Below are positions 21,963-34,749 of a DNA stretch of 64,000 nt, piece by piece. Within the stretch, counting starts at the first letter, position 1, and every line of letters begins with the position of its first letter. The position numbers and the translations under genes were made by a program. Below the pieces are notes generated by a model. That model was not told the origin of the DNA. It did no database searches and saw only the letters and a list, made by a program, of their open reading frames with translations. Source of the stretch: Zootoca vivipara (Eukaryota); NCBI RefSeq assembly GCF_963506605.1, contig NC_083281.1, positions 20,770,001-20,834,000 of the forward strand. The letters run 5' to 3'.

Positions 21963-23458
21963 CTTGGAGACAGGAAAGAGAACAGCGAAGACAGTGAGAA
22001 ATGGATTACACAGCTTGGAAACTAAACGTATCTGGTTTTGCAATATGCTCCGACTGCCCTCCTTCCTTCTGCTGTTCTCTGATTCAACCATCTCCTTTCT
22101 TTCCTAAACACGTCCTTGTGTTGCATCTTCATCAATATATATGATTCAAGTGAATCAGGGTTATGCAAAACTGCCAAAAGCTAACCTCGGTTAGTATGAT
22201 GCAATCACATCTTACATATAATTAGCTTGCACAGTTTCAACCTTGCACGGTTGAACCAAGTTTCAATTGAACCAGAGTATGCAAAACAGCTGAAAACTAA
22301 CCTCGGTTAGTTAGGGCTGCCATATTTTGAAGAGCAAAAAAGAGGACACATTTGCCAAATTCTACTTTTAACTACGGATTGCCATGACGACTCCCATTTT
22401 TAATACCCCTACTATATGTAGGCTATAGAAGCTGTGATATATTGCTAGTATTTATGTTCTTAACTTTCAACAATTTCCATATAAATTTTGATTCTCGCCA
22501 GTGCTATAGTATCTCAAACCTTCCTAAAGGCTGAAGAGGTGATAACGGAGAGATTGAACTCTCTTGTGCCACTTACACAGTCAGCTGTCAGACAAAATAT
22601 TCATATATTTCCAATTATATGACTCCAACCTATTATGAAGAAGTCTGACGCAAAATACAAATTACAGCCAATGGAAATTTCCTCTTTTTTGCATGATAAT
22701 GAAAGGCAGATTTCTCCCCACACACACACACACCCAGCACAACAAAAGGATGCATAAAGATACATAAATTAAAAAGTAAGGAAGAACGTATCCTGCCCAC
22801 ATAGTAAAAAACACACTTTATAATTTCCATGCCCTAGTTCAAAAGCCACTTTAAAATTCACAACCGTTGGGAACAATAAGCAACGGGAGAGGGAAATGTA
22901 AAGGACGAAACAGAAATAAAAAGGCAGCCAGCACTGTGGGGGCGAAGCAATTGCTTCTATACCTGCAAAACACACATGTGCACCTACAGCTCTGAGCCAC
23001 CGTAGCATTAAAGAGAGATGCCTCCTCTATTTCTTTTTAAGATGCACAGATTGGGGGATTGCCCATTTGATGTGGGCAAATATGGAAAATAACCACTAGG
23101 AGGGGAGGGAGGGAGGAGAGGAGAGACAGAACATGCAATCGACTGAGACAACACGTAGCACTAGGAAGCCCCAACCTTGGTTACAGTCAGCGCAGATGTA
23201 AAGCTGAGCCATGGTTCAGGCTGACAAGGGAAGGGAGGCTCATTCATGTCAAAGTGCTGAGAAGGAGACAAGAGGCGGAGCCTGACCTCTCCCAAACTCT
23301 TAAGGGTTAAGGTATCAACCATTAAGCCTTTGGTGTTGGGTCATGGGGCTGCTGCAGTACCACAAGGGAAGCAAAGTGGTGTGCTATGGCTGCTACCTCT
23401 ATGGTCTAGTTTTCTCCTCTGGGAGAGAGAGAGAGAGAGAGAGAGAGGGGGAGAGGGA

Positions 23459-23508
<50 letters not shown>

Positions 23509-23710
23509 ATCCAGGAAGTGGGGCAGTCTACCTGGTTATGGCTCTGCATTCTAGATTTGAGGCGAGAAGTACCAACTAAAGGAGCCTGGAAGAGCTGCTG
23601 TTCTGTGCTCAGCCAGAGTGGAAGCTGGGATAAAGCAAAGACAGGGTGGTACCCCAGACACATGGAAAAGTGAGTTTGGGGACCCCTCTGCTCTTTCTAA
23701 ACCCATGACA

Positions 23711-23908
23711 AAATAAAAAAATTCCTTCAGTAGCACCTTAAAGACCAACTAAGTTTATATTTTGGTATGAGCTTTCAGGTATCTGAAGAAGTGTGCATGC
23801 ACACGAAAGCTCATACCAAAATATAAACTTAGTTGGTCTTTAAGGTGCTACTGAAGGAATTTTTTTTATTTTGCTTCGACTCAGACCAACACGGCTACCT
23901 ACCTGTAA
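23711..23908 (+). mobile_element. Penelope-like 3' end with inverted 5' segment, in APOC1 intron
   Basis: 23711-23776 is the reverse complement of about 23805-23871; 14-bp TSD CTAAACCCATGACA (23697-23710, 23909-23922). Confidence 0.85.
23778..23817 (+). ncRNA. Minimal type-I hammerhead ribozyme motif (Penelope-associated)
   Basis: GGTAT-CTGAAGA-A-GTGTGCATGCACAC-GAA-AGCT-C-ATACC: stem I, CUGANGA core, stem II, GAAA, palindromic stem III, NUH site. Confidence 0.8.
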
Positions 23909-24744
23909 CTAAACCCATGACAGTCGAGCATAAGGGGGAGGTTGGATTGCAGCCTATGTGTTTTGATTCATGAAACAAACAGGATTCCTCTCATAAAGCG
24001 CACACCACAAAACTCCAAAATGGGAAATGATTTTGATTTTGATTTCTTTAAACCTGCGACCTCTAAGGTTCCTCCTGCCATCTGTTAGAGACGTGCAACA
24101 GCAGGGATCGTTCAGTTTGCAACTTAAGGGTTAATTCTGATGTTAGCAAGCAAGCCAAAAAAAGGAACTGGTGGAGGTGTTGCTTAGCAACTAAACATAG
24201 GGGCATGCTCTTTGCTGAGATAGCACATGCTTTGATTGGCTGTGAAGTTCTGAAGGAGCTTTCCTCTGTATGTTCAGCTGAATGTCTTCCTGCCCTGCAC
24301 AAGGCCTGAACTAAGAAAGACCCCCCACCACCACCAAAAGAAACCCCCCTCTAGTTCTTTCTCCTCAAATTACACAGTGTTTTGTTCTGTTTTCCTCAGG
24401 AAAGTTTTACCAAGTCTTTTCTCACTATATAAGTGACTTTGCTAACACTCTCCAGGTCACGTTCAGCCCACCTCCCCCTCTTATTTTTAAGCCTCTGTTG
24501 CTTCCAAGCCTCACACCCACTGCTGCAGTGATAATTTCTGCACAGACATGTCAAATAGGAAGAGCTGTCAGAGGGAGGGGCTTATTTTGGGCCCTGGGAG
24601 GGGTCTGGGAGCAGGATCATTTCCCAAACCTGCATAACTAGAGTTTCCAAATTAGCCATAGAAAAGAGCAGATGCAGTCTAGCCTGTTCCAGTTGCATTG
24701 GTGGCGCTGCATAATGAGCTAAGAAAAAGGGTTTCGGCTCCTAC

Positions 24745-24799
24745 CTGTCACAACAAACAAAGCCACGAGGACCACTGCAATGGAAACCGCAAGCTGCAT
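24745..24799 (-). CDS. APOC1: Apolipoprotein C-I, signal-peptide exon (exon spans 24745-24822)
   Basis: Long polypyrimidine acceptor, CACCATG, MQLAVSIAVVLVALFVVT+G, CAG|GTAGGA. 55+151+76=282 nt gives 93 aa. Confidence 0.9.
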
Positions 24800-25988
24800 G
24801 GTGTTGGAGGGTCTTAGAGTTCCTGGAGGGAAAAAAGGAAGGAAGAAAACAAGGGCATATGTAGATGGAGCTGGTTAATAACTGTGACAATGGTGTTGAA
24901 ATGCTTATGTGCTGCCTGATGACTGCGCCTAAGGTTGCCTCCACATGACTAAGTCCTGACCTGTTCTCACAAAATTTGTGTGGAGCTTCGATGCCCCCAG
25001 CCGTTCATTCTGATTTGCGTGCAGGGAGGTCAAATGACATTGCATCCAGCCAGCTATATCACCTCACGCTTCCCAGGGCTTTCCCCATTACTTTCCTTCC
25101 AGCAAGAAGTCCAGTTTTGAGAAGTGGGTTTTGTTGCACAAGATTAACTTCAATCGTGCAGCCTGAGTTTGCTGGTACGTGATCAAACCCCACCCAGAAC
25201 TAGCAACAGTCTGGAAGCACCGTAAGAGGCGTAGGGGCAGGGACTGGTTTAAAAGAAGAGTTGGCAAACCTCGCAGCAGAAATCTTCGGCACCTTTACAC
25301 ATTGTAAAATTCTCAACAACGCTTCAAATGGCTTCTTTTTCTTTCTCATGTGCTTCCTCACCCCCCCTCCCATCCTGCCTCTGACTCCCCACCTCCACCC
25401 AGAAATGGAATGATGTTCTGCCTCCTCTCTTGAAGGACGGCGACAGACGATTGCCACCTGTCACCTGACAAGGCACCTGTGCGTTTCACAGCTTGCCAGC
25501 TGACAGGCAAAGCTTCCCCCCAGCATAGCAACGCAGTTATGGAAGGATCTGTCACCGGCTGAATTTCTGCCTGGTATGAAACTCACGATGGCATGACGTC
25601 TCCATTAAGGAAGGAGGAAAGGCCATGGTAGATGGCTCATGATAAATGTGAGTCTCTTTCATGGCTGTCTGCTCTTGGTTTAGAAGAACTTCCGACAGTG
25701 ATTTTGGGGAGGGGGTATGTCAAAGCTTCACCTGCTTCATGCAGCTGTTAATGGCATAAAAACACAGGAAGATCCTTTTATACCAGTGGTTCATTATTGT
25801 ATACACTGGCTAGCAGCTGCTTTCCCAGACTCACCTGGAGAGGCCCTGGATCGAACCTGGGGTGTTATGCATGCAAATCAGGTGTTCTACCACGGCTAGG
25901 AAATTGCAACCCTCTGTTAGTGGCAAAAGCTAAATCAACCTCTTGGGGAAATGAGGCAAAAAGCTCTCTTAGGGTCGTACTTGGTCGT

Positions 25989-26526
25989 ACAAACAGGCTA
26001 AACCCTACGCCAAAGGATAAATGGACATAAATCTGACATCAGGAACCATAAGACAGAGAAACCAGTAGGAGAACACTTCAATCTCCCAGGACATTCTATA
26101 CAAGATCTCAAAGCAGCTGTTTTATTACAGAGAAATTTCAGGAACAGACTGGAAAGAGAAGTTGCTGAATTGGAACTCATTACCAAGCTTAAAACCATGG
26201 AGCCACCTGGGATGAATAAAGACATCGGATTCTTATCTCATTATGCATGATCAAGCTTTCTTTAGCGCCTCAACCCTTGCTTCCCCCCCCCCCAGGACTA
26301 ATTGCAGCCATCAGCAGCCGTTAACAGCCATCCACAGGTTTACCACTCCCATCAGCCCATCACCCATTCCCACCCACCCCCACCACCCTCTGTATATATA
26401 TAAGGGTCTGACACTTCTGTTTCAAGTGTATCTGAAGAAGTGTGCATGCACACGAAAGCTCATACCAAAATAAAAACTTAGTTGGTCTTTAAGGTGCTAC
26501 TGAAGGAATTTTTTTTATTTTGCTTC
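25989..26526 (+). mobile_element. 5'-truncated Penelope-like element (GIY-YIG C-terminus + 3' end)
   Basis: Encodes ..TLRQRINGHKSDIRNHKTEKPVGEHFNLPGHSIQDL..; same family as 58384-61091. Confidence 0.9.
26428..26465 (+). ncRNA. Minimal type-I hammerhead ribozyme motif (Penelope-associated)
   Basis: GTAT-CTGAAGA-A-GTGTGCATGCACAC-GAAAGCT-C-ATAC, core intact. Confidence 0.8.
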
Positions 26527-27064
26527 TAGTCCCATCTGTTTGCCCACACACCACTCCCCAATCCTGTATTTTGCTCGGTCTCATATTCTTAGGTTTGCTT
26601 CATTTTTTTTTTTAAGTGTAAAGTTCTGCAATGCAGCAGGCAGTCATTTAACACGTGAAACTCTTCCTGGCATGGAGAATGCAGCGAAAGCAATAGCTTT
26701 CCCTGCTAAATTTCTGTGCAGTAAATTCCTGCTGTTAAAGACGCAGGAGTGAGGCCTCTCAGAGAGAGAGGAAAAGTGCTCCACCTTCACACACTTCTCA
26801 TTTAAGATGCCATCGCCAGGGGCTCTGCATGAACTTGCCACGTCTAGATTTTGAAATTAAATAATAATTATTATTATTAACATGCAGCGTGCGTGCTGGC
26901 GTGCTATGGTCCATGGGGTCACGAAGAGTCAGACACGACTAAACGACTAAACAACAACAGCAATAATAATGATAATGATAATAATTTGACTCTAATTTAG
27001 TCGCTCTGTTTGAATTCCCCTTTCCCCACATGCCAACTGAATCCATTTCTAGATTTCCACTTAC

Positions 27065-27110
27065 TTGCAGCTGGGAATGGAGACGAGAATCCAATGTGAA
27101 ATCGGAATTC
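27065..27110 (-). other. APOC1: Probable non-coding first exon of APOC1 (TSS approximate)
   Basis: CAA|GTAAGT donor at 27064-27063; TATA-like TTTATAG at about 27135-27141 and a GC box at about 27164. Confidence 0.5.
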
Positions 27111-27285
27111 CTTCCCAGCTGCTGCAGCTGCTCCCTATAAACCTACCACCCTGCCTCCAACATCCGCCCCTCAGAGGGCAGCAACCTGAGCCTTGCTGCT
27201 CTTTCTCCTCCCCTCTGCAACGAGGAGGTTGCTCCATCTCCTCCAGGAATTTAAACCGCAGCCAGGGATAATGTAAGAAAAAAAG

Positions 27286-27327
<42 letters not shown>

Positions 27328-30300
27328 ATATGTATGCACAATCCCATTTCCTCAAACTTTAAAGTCACTGGGAAGTTGGGCAACGAACCACCTTCCATGC
27401 AGCCCAGTTTCCTTGTACTTTCGGGCTGCCTTGCAAAAAGGCTGGGGAAAAGAAGAGGCCAGCCTCCCTTCTTGAGGCTTCCCGAATAGGGTTTTGCCTC
27501 TAAGATGCTTTCGTGATCTGGAAGGATAATTAGCCCTGAGGCACAGCAAAAGGACAGCTCAGCTGGTTAGAGCACGGGGCTGGTAACACCAAGGTCGCAG
27601 GTTCGATCCCCTATGGGGTAGCTGCATAGTCCTGCGTTTCAGTGGGTTGGACTAAATGGTCCTAAAATGTCCCTCCCAGCTCTACGATTCTATGAATGAA
27701 GAGATTATGGTCTCTCAAGTCATATTCCCCCCCAGTTTTTAAGTTCACACGTGGAAGCACTTGCATCTAATTCTCAAAATGCTCAGTCTGTGGGGCTGCC
27801 TGAAGGTCTCAGATTTGGAATGTCAGCCTTTACATTTTCAAAGGCTGTCATCTGTCTGACCTCTAAGGAAGGCAAGAGAGACCAAAACCTTCTGAGGTAG
27901 CCTCAAGGCCACCAATTTAGAAGGCTTTAAGAGAGGACTGGACAAATTTGAGGAAGATAGGGCTACTCAATGGCTACTAGACATAATTGCTATGTTCTGC
28001 CTCCGCAGCCGGAGACAGTAATGTTTCTGGAAACTGCCGGAGGGGAGAGGGCTCTTGTGCTCGGGTCCTGCTTGCAAGTTTCCCACAGGTATCTGAGTGG
28101 CCACTGTGATGTGCTATCCATTGGCCTGATCCTGCAGGCTCTTCTCATGTTCTTTGGGTCAGCAACATGCATATGATGTGAGTGGTGAGACTTAAAAAGG
28201 AGGCACCTTTGCTCAGTCAGAGAGCTCATGTTTTGCAAGCAGAACGTCCTGGGTCTAATCCCTTCTACCTTCAGTTTTAAAAGAGATGATCAGATAGATA
28301 GCGATGGTCTTTGAAGTGCTACTGAGATTTGACAACTGCCTTGAAGACCTTCCTAAAGACAGAGAGCAGATAGGTAGATGCAGCAAGTGAGAATACAAAG
28401 AGTTGGTTTCTATACTTCAGGGGCATATGGTCTCCCATTGTGCAACACAGAAAGCTGTCTCCTACTGAGTCAGACCATTGGTCCACCTTGCTCAATATTG
28501 TCTACTCTGACTGGCAGTGGCCATCCAGGATTTGGGGAAAGGACGGCATTGGGGAGCTTTGCATGTTTTTACCCATCCCTCCTCTCCCCCCTCCCTATCT
28601 CACAACACATTTAAATGTGTATTTCCGCTAAATACATGCATTTTTAAAAATGGGAATTCTGATGCCTTTAAACAGCCAAGAATTGCATTGCAGAACAGGA
28701 GAAGTGTGAAGTCCAGTGGATTGCTAAAATATGTGCCACACATTAGTCTGAGAGGTGCAGGTCAGAAAATATTGTACAGGAATTCACAAACACCATCTTC
28801 CTCAAGCTTCTCTACTCATGACAAATTGGTTTATACAGCATGTTAATTCTATTTTGCTGAATCAGAAGCTCCCTTCTTGCTCTTCTTCCTTGGCCTGCTC
28901 CAGAAGTTGGCAGATCACAGGGCAGGTGTCAAGGTGCAAAGCTGTTCTTAGTCCCATTCTTCCAAGACTCAGAGCCACCGTCCTAGTCCTCATGAGGCAG
29001 GGGGGTGCAACAAATTTGTAGGCTACACAGGACGTCATCCCCTTCCCTGGATGGGGGGGGGAAACAATGACCCCAATTCATTTTAAAGTTGAACTTGCCT
29101 AATTTGCAGTTTCCGAAACAACACGTGAATTAGAACACAGCCGCCTCTCAAAATTCGGACTTTTCTGAATTTTGTCATGCTGCTCTCCAGCCAGGCAGTG
29201 ACAACAGCAATGCATCCATCTGGGTTAAGCACATATATGGACACATGTATCATGAGAGTGACGTGCAAACATGCATGTGTTAGGGAAAACTGCTTGCCAA
29301 AAGCGTTTCTACAGTATTTGTCAAAACGGCACGCAAATATGGGTCGATTGGGCGAAATTCGTACTAAAATTTTCACGAGACTTTTTAAAAACAAAAATAA
29401 AACCTGCAGATTGCTGCAGAGCTGTGGAATTAAAGAATTGGGGGGGGGATGAGAATCTTTAATTTGTGAATTAAAGATTTGGAAGGTTGAGAAGCTGAGA
29501 GAACCAAATGCTCCTAGAATCTGTGGGGCAATCCTGAGATGTTTTCTGAAAACTCCCCCCCTCCTGTGCCTCCATCTGTTTCCCCAGAACAGATATACAG
29601 ATATTGGGGGTCTTACACAGGCTATAATGCCTGAGGAAGAATTCCCCACAGATGTCAGTGGTGGTAGAAGCTTCTAGCATGTACCCCCAGAAGTCTCCCA
29701 TTATTTTAAAGCAGGCCCTTATTTGTGCCTTGCACGCATCTCTCTTTAACAGCCCTTTGTCTCCAACCTATACAGCTCTGTGGAACAAACAGTCCCGTTC
29801 CACAATGTCTCTTTTCTCCCCAGTTTTTGACCTGGCAACCCCACTCATCCGGCCCGGGAGGAAAGGAGGAGGAGCCTGGAGGGGTTATTTGCGTTCATTG
29901 CAAAATGTTTGTTTGGAGATCCGAGCCTCCTTCCTTTCCCCTTCCCAGTAACAAAATGCTGAACGACAGTAACCCCCTCCTGGGATCTTTTAGGATTTAT
30001 TTTATCTCGAGGTCCACATTTTTAGATAAACAGCCCTGGTTAAGAAATCGTTTGTTTTTGTTGAGAAACTCAACTCTCCCACACCCTTTCTCTTGTGGAA
30101 TTTTTTTTTTCCTTTCTTGCACTGCAGTCTAGTCTACACACACACACACTACCTTTTATTCTGGAATCGATGCATGCTTGCATATTTGTACACACATCTA
30201 TTGCTTAATTTTTGCCCTGGAAAGTGCTTCTAGGGTCCTGTCTCTAGAAATAACATTCTGACCTTGGGGGGGGGGGCAGCAAGGAGACTTCTGAGGTCAA

Positions 30301-30695
30301 GACAGGAAAACAACACTGGAGAAAGAGAAATTTGTAAAGGTTTTTAAGGCAACTTCAGAAAAGGGATGAGCAAGTTGACATGGGGAAAAGATCCACTTTG
30401 TAGAGCAGAACAGCCTTCCAAGCGATCAGCAAAATATTTCCAGACTATTTTGGAGCTCTAACGCTCGCAGTCAAAATATCACAACAATATATAACGGGGG
30501 GGGGGGGGTTATTTAGCTGTGATTCCTGTGTTGCATAGGGTTGGCCTAGATGGTACCTGAGGGTCCCTTCCAATTCTACAGTTCTGTGATTCTGTAGAAA
30601 TTGGTTTCATTCTGAAAACAAAAGCTTATTGCAGCTTGATTCTGCATTACCACACAGCATATCCATTCGAAAAGAGATTAAAACATGTAAGAGTA

Positions 30696-31178
30696 TAGTG
30701 GTGCCTTGGTTCTCAAATGCAATCCATTCCAAAACCAAAGCGTTCCAAAACCAAGGCGCGCTTTCCCATAAAAAGTAATGCAAAATGGATTAATCTGTTC
30801 CAGACTTTTAAAAGCAACCCCTAAAACAGCAATTTAACATAGATTTTATTAGCTAGTGAGACCACTGATACATAAAATGAAAGCAATAAGCAATGTACTG
30901 CAGTCACACAATCCATCAATCAGTAGCTGAACTGGGTTCCACACAGTCACAGAAAAAGAGCCGCAAAACCACAAAATAAATTGCAAAAACAGACAGACCT
31001 GAGCGTAACACTCAAAACGGAAGTGTGGCACTCAAATCGGAAACATTAAAACACTCAAAATGGAGCACGTTTGACTTCCGAAGAAAGTTCGCAAACCGAA
31101 ACACTTACTTCCGGGTTTGCAGTGTTTGGGTTCCAAATTGTTTGAGTACCAAAGCATTTGAGAACCAAGGTACCACTG
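30696..31178. mobile_element. Tc1/mariner (Tigger-like) MITE; related copy in opposite orientation at 53797-54397
   Basis: TIRs (C/T)AGTGGT.CCTTGGTTCTCAAA / TTTGAGAACCAAGGTACCACTG; TA TSD. Confidence 0.85.
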
Positions 31179-32491
31179 TATCAGAAGAGTCATGCTAGAT
31201 AAAGCTAGTGGCCCCTCCTGCCTGGGCATCCTGTTCTCAAAGCAGCCACCCAGAGGCCTGGGGGGAGGCCCTCAAGCAGGAATCAGGCACAAGAGCCCTC
31301 TCCCCTCCTGGGATTTCCAGCAACTGGTATGCAGAAACACAACTGCCTACAACAGTGGGGGCAGAGCACAGCCATTGTATCTAGTGTCCACCTGTAGCTT
31401 TCTCCTCCATGAAGCTGGTGGTCATCACTGCTTCCTGTGGCAGTGAGTTCCATAGTTTAACTATGCACTGAGTGGGCGGTCCCAGAAATGGGGCGTTGGC
31501 CCACCCCAGTGACCCTGTGTGTAGTCATATGTCCAAGATCGCAGTCACCCCTTCCTTCTTCCTTCAGGTGGGGCATGTGCAGGGAGGAAGAGGCATGAAT
31601 AACTTAACCAAAGGGAGGGTTTTCAAATGCGTTTCCAGTAACCAGACCCATCTGGGTGGGCGGCAAGATCTAGAACCAATCTAGATTGACAGCAGCATGC
31701 TGAAGATGTGCAAGGACAATTCGGGATTGAGGGGGAAACTACATTTTGTGCTACAAACAAGTTAGTGTGTACAGAGCCTTATGCACGCTGTAATATTTTG
31801 GAAATGTGGGCTATCCACAAATTATATGGTTCTTTCCTGTTCATACCACTTAGTGGTAAAACGCTGGCTAGTGCAATAAACAAAATCTGCCCTTATTCCC
31901 TTATGGGGTATACAAGAGCCCCCATAGAGTCCTTTGTAGGTTCTCCATCAGTAGGAGAAAATAAGAGAGGCCAACCGAGAATATTGAGAACCAAAGCAGC
32001 TAGTAAACCTGATCATTATTGAACTGTTGCAACACTGCAACAGGGTGCCCCCTCACAAGCAGGAGAAAGGAGGAAGACCTAGAACAAAGGTGTGCCTGCC
32101 CTTATATAGACATTTAAAATTGCCCACCCTGCAGTCCGAGACCACCCCCAGAAGCATCATACATACATCACAGAAGGGGTGTATCCCAAGACCACCCCCA
32201 TGATACATCATAACCCACAGCGCCACCTGGGTCCTTTTGTTATTATAACTACTCAATTCTGGAATCCAGGTCCCAGGTCCCAGGCTCACCCCATCCACAC
32301 CTTCAATGTGCCCTTAAGGCAGGATCTGTGAGCGCAGAGACAATGGGGAGGTTTTTTCATTTCCTCCCTCCTTTCAGAGAAGCACCGGGTCAGTCTGGGA
32401 GAGTCAAAATGGTTTCAGGACTCTCCCCTTTGCTTCACACATGTGGCCCATACACTTGTGTGCGTCTCTGCTTGGTACATTGACGAACAGT

Positions 32492-32550
<59 letters not shown>

Positions 32551-33551
32551 ATTTATTTATTTATTTATTTTCACTAGTATCGCACATGTATGCAGCCACC
32601 AGAACCCTCTCATCAAGGTAGGGAGCTCACGCAATAGATGGATCACTGTATTATTTGGGAATCAAGCCTTAATGCAGACCCTCCAAGTGTCCCTATTTTC
32701 CAGGGACGTCCCTGATTTAGAGAAGAATTCCCGGTTTCTGATTTCATCCCAGAATGTCCCACTTTTCCTTAGGACGTCCCTATTTCCATTGGATAAATGT
32801 TGAGGGGGAGTACAGAGATATCCAATCCCTGAGCTGTCTGAAGGCAATCCTGTATAGGGAAGGCTTTTTTAAATGTTTAATGTTTTATTATGTTTTTATA
32901 TCTGTTGGAAGCTGCCCAGAGTGGCTGGGGCAACCCAGTGAGATGTGTGTGTGGGGGGGGGGGTATAAATACCGTAGTAAAATTATCATTATGGAATGAG
33001 ACGTCCCTATTTTCATCAGGGAAATGTTGGAGGGTATGTTATTGTTTGCAAGTAAACATACAGAGGGCCAGATTGCTAATCTAAAATGCATAACATACCA
33101 GAACTGGTCATGAGATTCTCCGTTCATTTTAATCAATTCATTAATGATAAATGCATTTATCAAGGTAGTTTACAAAATTAAAAAGTCACAAAGCCCATTA
33201 AAACAACAACAGAACAAAAACAAAGCATTAAAACCCCCCACCTCCACCCCCGATTCCTAGCTCAGGTTTTCTGCCCGTGTTGCGCAAGCTCCCCGAAACA
33301 CCAGCTGCATCGGTAACCAGCCAACCCCAAGCAAAACACAAAGTTTCTTTTCGAAAGTGCAGCCTCATCGCTTTCCAAGAGAGTCAGCCTGGCGGGAGCC
33401 CGCAGTTTGTAGAAAGCGTGGAAGAAAAGTTGCCACAACCTTAGAGGTCTGGATTTGCTCAGGGAACAAGTCCCATGGGCATGCCTCAGCAGGATGGGAT
33501 GGGACCGTGATGTCACATTGCCCTGTGGCAGTTCTCATGCACAGGTGCCCT

Positions 33552-33991
33552 TTGTTGTTGTTTAGTCATTTAGTCGTGTCTGACTCTTCGTGACCCCATG
33601 GACCAGAGCACGCCAGGCACTCCTGTCTTCCACAGCCTCCCACAGTTTGGTCAGACTCATGTTGGTAGCTTCGAGAACACTGTCCAACCATCTCATCCTC
33701 TGTCGCCCCTTCTCCTTGTGCCCTCCATCTTTCCCAACATCAGGGTCTTTTCCAGGGAGTCTTCTCTTTTCATGATGTGGCCAAAGTATTGGAGCCTCAG
33801 CTTCAGGATCTGTCCTTCCAGTGAGCACTCAGGGCTGATTTCCTTCAGAATGGATACTAGGTTTTATCTTCTTGCAGTCCATGGGACTCTCAAGAGTCTC
33901 CTCCAGCACCACAATTCAAAAGCATCAATTCTTCAGCGATCAGCCTTCTTTATGGTCCAGCTCTCACTTCCATACATCACTACTGGGAAAA
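33552..33991 (-). mobile_element. Older Bov-B LINE 3' fragment with frameshifts
   Basis: Homologous to 19028-19480. Confidence 0.9.
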
Positions 33992-34749
33992 GCTGCTTGT
34001 TGAATAAAGCTACTTGCTAGAATGCGCTTAAAGGTGGGCGAGTCTCTCGGTTTTGGAGTGGGATTCAAAGCTGCGCAAGGAAAATCCCACTCACGCCGTG
34101 AGAGTTCCCCCTCTTCTCCTTCACCCCAAATCCTCAACTGTCTGGAGCAGATTTCGAGGGTGCTCAAGAGTGGAAGGAGAGGTTCCACTGCACAAGCAGA
34201 AACGTCTGTGCAAGTTTAACAGCACCATGCGCCGTTTCATAATTATAAAATGATGCGTGGCCTGCTGAAAGTGGCTAGGGGAAAACTTTTCTCACTCTCT
34301 CATCACACGGGAAATTGTTGGGGCCCCAGTGAAGCTGAATGCTGGAAGATTCAGGACAGATAGAAGGAAATGAGTCCTTGCACAGCACACAGTTAAACTG
34401 TGGAACTCACTGCCACAGGAGGCAGTGTTGGCCACCAACTTAAGAGAGGAGGTGAGGAGAGGAGAGGTGCAGGTTTCTCACAGGCATAGGCACCTGAAAG
34501 GCCACTAGGAGAACAGGATGCTGAACCAGATGTCCTGTCAGCCTGATCAGGATATGACCCTGAGTTTCTATTCCCCCCTCCCCCCAGTTTAAATACAGTT
34601 CCCCAAATTTCGGAATGTTTGCAATTTTTTTTAAAAAACCAAGATTTTAGTATACGGTTCTTCTGTTATCCACATTATCTGCAAGCAACTTTGCCTGATA
34701 AAATGGTTTCTTGTACAGTGGTACCTTTGGTTAAGAACTTAATTTGTTC

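Noticed and set aside
28858-28993. Short minus-strand ORF with CPVIC, considered APOC4-like
   Set aside because: No splice context and no convincing similarity.
31847-31892. Signal-peptide-like QILFIALASVLPLSG with GTATGA donor
   Set aside because: In-frame TAA just upstream and no ATG; probably old repeat sequence.
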